64,000 bases of DNA. Origin: Nanobdellota archaeon (lineage in GTDB: Archaea > Nanobdellota > Nanobdellia > Pacearchaeales > JAHJTO01). The notes under the pieces were generated by a model. It saw nothing but the letters and a program-made list of their open reading frames with translations. It had not been told where the DNA came from and did no database searches. Within the stretch, counting starts at the first letter, position 1; each line of letters begins with the position of its first letter. The stretch covers positions 1,683-65,682 of the forward strand of contig JBHPFA010000004.1 in the NCBI GenBank assembly GCA_042572295.1, written 5' to 3'. The position numbers were made by a program, and so were the translations under genes. Shown here one piece after another: positions 60,417-64,000 of the stretch.

Positions 60417-61502
60417 TTATTCAACAAATTCTATTCCTAATTCTTCAGATATTTCATCAGTTTTCTTGCTTGAAGTGGTTTCTCCAGGACCAAGAATCTG
60501 TGAGGACTTTACTCCAGTTACAATAAGCATGACTTTTATAGTTTTCTCCATGTCTTCACTTATTTGGGCTCCCCAAATCAGCTTTGCATCAGGGCTTAAT
60601 TTCTTGCTTACAGTCTCTATAACTTCTCTTGCTTCATGAAGACTTAAATCTGTTCCCCCAATAATATTTACTAATGCTCCTGTTGCACCTTCAACTTTAA
60701 CATCAAGAAGAGGGTTTTCGATTGCTTTCTCAACAGCTTCTGCAGCTCTTGTCTGAGAATCTGCTTCTCCAACACCTATCAAAGCGACCCCTCCGCCAGA
60801 CATTACTGTTTTTATGTCTGCAAAATCAAGGTTTACTAATCCAGGTTTTGTTACTAATTCTGTTGTTCCCTTTACTGCATTTGTTAATATTTCATCTGCA
60901 ACCTTGAATGCTGTATGTAATGGCAATTCAGGTGCTAATTCTAATAATTTGTCATTAGGAATTACAATTAAAGTATCAACTAAATCTTCCATTCTTTCAA
61001 GACCATAGATTGCATTTTCGCATCTTTTGTTCCCCTCTATTGTGAAAGGTAGAGTTACTACACCTATAGTTAACATCCCCATCTTATTTGCTATCTCTGC
61101 AACAACTGGAGCTGCTCCTGTACCTGTTCCTCCACCAAGACCACAAGTTATGAAAACTAGGTCTGCCCCTTGGAGTTTTTGTTTTATCTCATGTTCGGAC
61201 TCTCTAGCAGATTCTTCTCCTATTTTAGGATCACTTCCTGCGCCAAGTCCTTGAGCTAGCTCTTTTCCGATAAGAATTTTTGCATCAGCATTAGTATAAA
61301 GTAAATCTTGAGCATCAGTATTTATGGATATCATCTCAGCACCCTTTATGCCGATTTCTCTCATACGGGAAAGTGTGTTTCCACCGCCTCCACCAATACC
61401 AAATACTTTGATTTTAGCTTTTTGTTTACTTAGAATTTCTTCGAGTTCTCTGTCTACAGCCTGAACATCATTGCCAATCTCTTTTATTTCAAGATCACCC
61501 AT
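60417..61502 (-). CDS. ftsZ: cell division protein FtsZ
   Basis: [23 protein letters not shown] and NLDFAD motifs. Confidence 0.98.
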   Translation of the reverse strand: MGDLEIKEIGNDVQAVDRELEEILSKQKAKIKVFGIGGGGGNTLSRMREIGIKGAEMISINTDAQDLLYTNADAKILIGKELAQGLGAGSDPKIGEESARESEHEIKQKLQGADLVFITCGLGGGTGTGAAPVVAEIANKMGMLTIGVVTLPFTIEGNKRCENAIYGLERMEDLVDTLIVIPNDKLLELAPELPLHTAFKVADEILTNAVKGTTELVTKPGLVNLDFADIKTVMSGGGVALIGVGEADSQTRAAEAVEKAIENPLLDVKVEGATGALVNIIGGTDLSLHEAREVIETVSKKLSPDAKLIWGAQISEDMEKTIKVMLIVTGVKSSQILGPGETTSSKKTDEISEELGIEFVE

Positions 61503-61562
61503 AATTTAGAAAGAGATATGGCGTCTTTATAAATTTTAGTATCTTGTCAGCATATACTTATT

Positions 61563-62216
61563 TTATACGCTTTTTACATCTATTTTAAGAGTAGTTAGTT
61601 TTTCTATCCTTTCTGTGATTTCCTTTAAGAACTTGTCTGGCCATTTAATTCTTGTCTCTATAAGTGCTTTATTACCTTCAACAGACTTGATGGCCTTTTT
61701 AGGATCTTCTTTTAAGAAATAAGAAACCAAACATTCTAATTTTTCTTTATTATCATTGAGTATCCTCTTTACTTTAAAATTGTACAAGATGTCTTTTCCG
61801 GCTAAAGGGTTGTTGAAGTCTGTGATTACTCTTCCCCCAGAGACTGCAGAAATTCTTGCAAGCATATCATCCATGTTAAGAATAAGTCCTGGATAAGGAT
61901 TGATTCCCTTTGAGGTGAATACTTGGATTGGAAGTATCTTGATCAATTTAGCATCTCTATTTCCAAAGGCTTCTTTTGGCCCCAATTCTATAGAATAATC
62001 TTTCCCTAGCTCTTTTTCCTCTAAAGCTTTGTCTAAACCCTTTAGAACCATTCCTTCCCCAATACAAAAGATAAGGGGTTTTACCTTGTCCAAAGGCATA
62101 TTTGCTTTTTTGGCTTCTTCTTTAATTGAAGTATCAAATAGGGCATTGGTTTGTTTTATTCTTGCAGTAAAATCTAACTCTACAAATTGTCCTTTTTTTG
62201 TTGATTCATTTACCAT
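61563..62216 (-). CDS. FKBP-type peptidyl-prolyl isomerase (long archaeal type)
   Basis: FDTS, IGEGMVLKGLD..L, EAFG.R and DFNNPLAGK. Confidence 0.9.
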   Translation of the reverse strand: MVNESTKKGQFVELDFTARIKQTNALFDTSIKEEAKKANMPLDKVKPLIFCIGEGMVLKGLDKALEEKELGKDYSIELGPKEAFGNRDAKLIKILPIQVFTSKGINPYPGLILNMDDMLARISAVSGGRVITDFNNPLAGKDILYNFKVKRILNDNKEKLECLVSYFLKEDPKKAIKSVEGNKALIETRIKWPDKFLKEITERIEKLTTLKIDVKSV

Positions 62217-62303
62217 ATTGCTTGTTACAATGGGGGGTTTTTAAATTTTTTCAGTAATTTTTCCAAAACAAAAATTTATAAACGAAGGTTATTTCGGACA
62301 TTT

Positions 62304-62693
62304 ATGCCTTTAAAAATAATTAGTGCTAGTGAAATAAGAGCTGGGACAAATGTCCTTATCGATAATAATGCTTGTAGTGTAAAAAGTGTTGATATTAGTA
62401 AGACTGGAAAACATGGCCATGCTAAAGTTAGAATGGAATGTATAGGGCTTATCGATGGTAAAAAGAGAATAGTGCTAAAACCTGGACATGATAAGTTTGA
62501 TGTGCCTCTTGTTGAAAAGAAAAGGGGACAAGTGTTATCAACAACTGAAAGCAATGCTAGTATTATGGATGTTGAAAGCTTCGAAACATTAAATGTGGAT
62601 GTAATCTCAGAATTGAAAGGAACTATCAGTGAAGGGGACCAAGTAGAATACTGGGATATTGAAGGAACAAAAATCATAAAGAGGAAAATATAA
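62304..62693 (+). CDS. eif5a: translation factor aIF5A
   Basis: SKTGKHGHAK hypusine motif. Confidence 0.96.
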   Translation: MPLKIISASEIRAGTNVLIDNNACSVKSVDISKTGKHGHAKVRMECIGLIDGKKRIVLKPGHDKFDVPLVEKKRGQVLSTTESNASIMDVESFETLNVDVISELKGTISEGDQVEYWDIEGTKIIKRKI

Positions 62694-62694
62694 G

Positions 62695-62856
62695 ATGGCA
62701 AAAATACCTGCTGCTCAAGCAAGACTTTTCAAGAATGTTTTCATTTGTAAAAGATGTAGTGCTAAAGTGAAAGCTGATGCAAGAAAAATTATAGAAGGAA
62801 AGGTTAAGTGTAGGGCTTGTAACGGCAAAGCATTTAGACCAAAAAGGAAGAAGTAA
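62695..62856 (+). CDS. rpl40e: ribosomal protein eL40, 53 aa; absent from the ORF track
   Basis: Translated by hand: MAKIPAAQARLFKNVFICKRC...KCRAC....FRPKRKK. Confidence 0.88.
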   Translation: MAKIPAAQARLFKNVFICKRCSAKVKADARKIIEGKVKCRACNGKAFRPKRKK

Positions 62857-62881
62857 GCTTAACTTCTTATAAAAATTAAAC

Positions 62882-64000
62882 ATGGTAAGTTTTTTATATT
62901 ATGACATAGGATTTCTTGTTCTATTTAGTACATTGGTTGCTCTTTTTCTTTATAAAAATAGAAAAAAGTTGCAAATAGAATCTAAGATTATTCTTCTTTA
63001 CAGAACTAAGATGGGGTTAGATACTATAGACTACATAGGTAAGAAACATCCAAAGCTTCTTAAGTTCTTGAGTAACTTTGTTATTGCTGCAGGATATTTG
63101 ATGATGGCAGCTTCTCTTTTGCTTTTAATCCAAGTTTTAATTATAATGTTTAAAGCACCAGTACTTCCTAAAGTCCCCCCTTTAATTCCACTTGTCCCCT
63201 ATATTGATATATTGATAAACAAAGCATTACCTACAGTCAACATACCTCCGTTTTATTTTACTTATTGGATAATTGTTATTGGAATTGTTGCAGTCTTTCA
63301 TGAATTTGCCCATGGAGTTTTTGCTAAACTAAAAAATGTAAGGATAATATCTACTGGTTTTGGATTTATTGGTCCTCTTCTTGCAGCTTTTGTAGAGATC
63401 GATGAGAAACAAATGGAGAAAAAACCTGTTAAGGCGCAACTTGCAGTTCTTGCAGCAGGTTCAACGGCCAATTTAGTTTTGTGGATTATGTTTTTGGCAA
63501 TAACTGGAGTATTCTTTACAGCAGCTTTTGTTCCAAGTGGAGTAGTATTCAATAATTATATGTCTGAAGAATTAAGTTTTTCGGATATTGCTTTGATAGA
63601 TAATCATTCTTTAAGTAGAGAGATACAGAATATAGATGAATTAATCGCAGTTGTAGAAAATGTAAATAAAAGCATAGTTGAAATAAAGTCAAAAGAGAAA
63701 TCTTTCTTTGCAGATCTATATAATTTACATAAACAAAAAGGAGTCATAGATAGGTTAGATAATGACATAGACTCTGTTTACTTGATTGCAGATAGTCCTG
63801 CGTTTAATGCAAATCTGAGTGGAGCAATACAAGAAATTTCTACAGAGAGTGAAACATATAAGATTGGAGATTTAGATTCTCTTCGAGAGGCTTTAATTAA
63901 CCTCAATGCAGGTCAAGAAGTTGATATAAAGACCACTAAAGGAAATTATTCTTTGAGGTTAACTGATCATCCTTCTGAGGAAGATAGAAGTGCTCTGGGA
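62882..64000 (+). CDS. site-2 protease (M50 family), runs off the window end
   Basis: Translated by hand: hydrophobic N-terminus, HEFAHG zinc motif, AAFVE.DE and LAAG..AN. Confidence 0.88.
   Translation, partial: MVSFLYYDIGFLVLFSTLVALFLYKNRKKLQIESKIILLYRTKMGLDTIDYIGKKHPKLLKFLSNFVIAAGYLMMAASLLLLIQVLIIMFKAPVLPKVPPLIPLVPYIDILINKALPTVNIPPFYFTYWIIVIGIVAVFHEFAHGVFAKLKNVRIISTGFGFIGPLLAAFVEIDEKQMEKKPVKAQLAVLAAGSTANLVLWIMFLAITGVFFTAAFVPSGVVFNNYMSEELSFSDIALIDNHSLSREIQNIDELIAVVENVNKSIVEIKSKEKSFFADLYNLHKQKGVIDRLDNDIDSVYLIADSPAFNANLSGAIQEISTESETYKIGDLDSLREALINLNAGQEVDIKTTKGNYSLRLTDHPSEEDRSALG

Noticed and set aside
9782-63552. Numerous antisense or out-of-frame ORFs nested in larger genes (e.g. 14937-15365, 17166-17687, 59769-60128, 62276-62722, 63298-63552)
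   Set aside because: They are shadow ORFs of well-supported genes on the opposite strand and show no independent motifs.

Overview
AT-rich, gene-dense archaeal chromosome segment, most likely from a DPANN archaeon. A Pacearchaeota-like origin is inferred from the fused PriS-PriL primase, a short archaeosortase-family protein next to a putative S-layer gene, and many class III signal-peptide proteins. The window holds a 16S (5'-truncated)-tRNA-Ala-23S rRNA operon with no adjacent 5S, RNase P RNA, tRNA-Phe and tRNA-Pro. It also carries translation, replication and division housekeeping genes and large surface, pilin-like and S-layer clusters. The standout is a ~10 kb island (21430-31283) between elp3 and hjc. 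It encodes a SNF2 helicase fused to a class I SAM methyltransferase, four proteins made of 23 tandem ~49-aa HTH modules with hypervariable recognition helices, two AAG/MPG glycosylase-like paralogs lacking the catalytic Glu, and two further helical-repeat proteins. Five of these proteins end in the same C-terminal peptide (GLLGKLYMEGD), and the copies differ mainly at synonymous positions. Second, the rRNAs carry many substitutions at normally near-invariant peptidyl-transferase and decoding-centre positions. All calls come from motif recognition by eye; no database searches were run, and E. coli rRNA numbering was aligned by eye.
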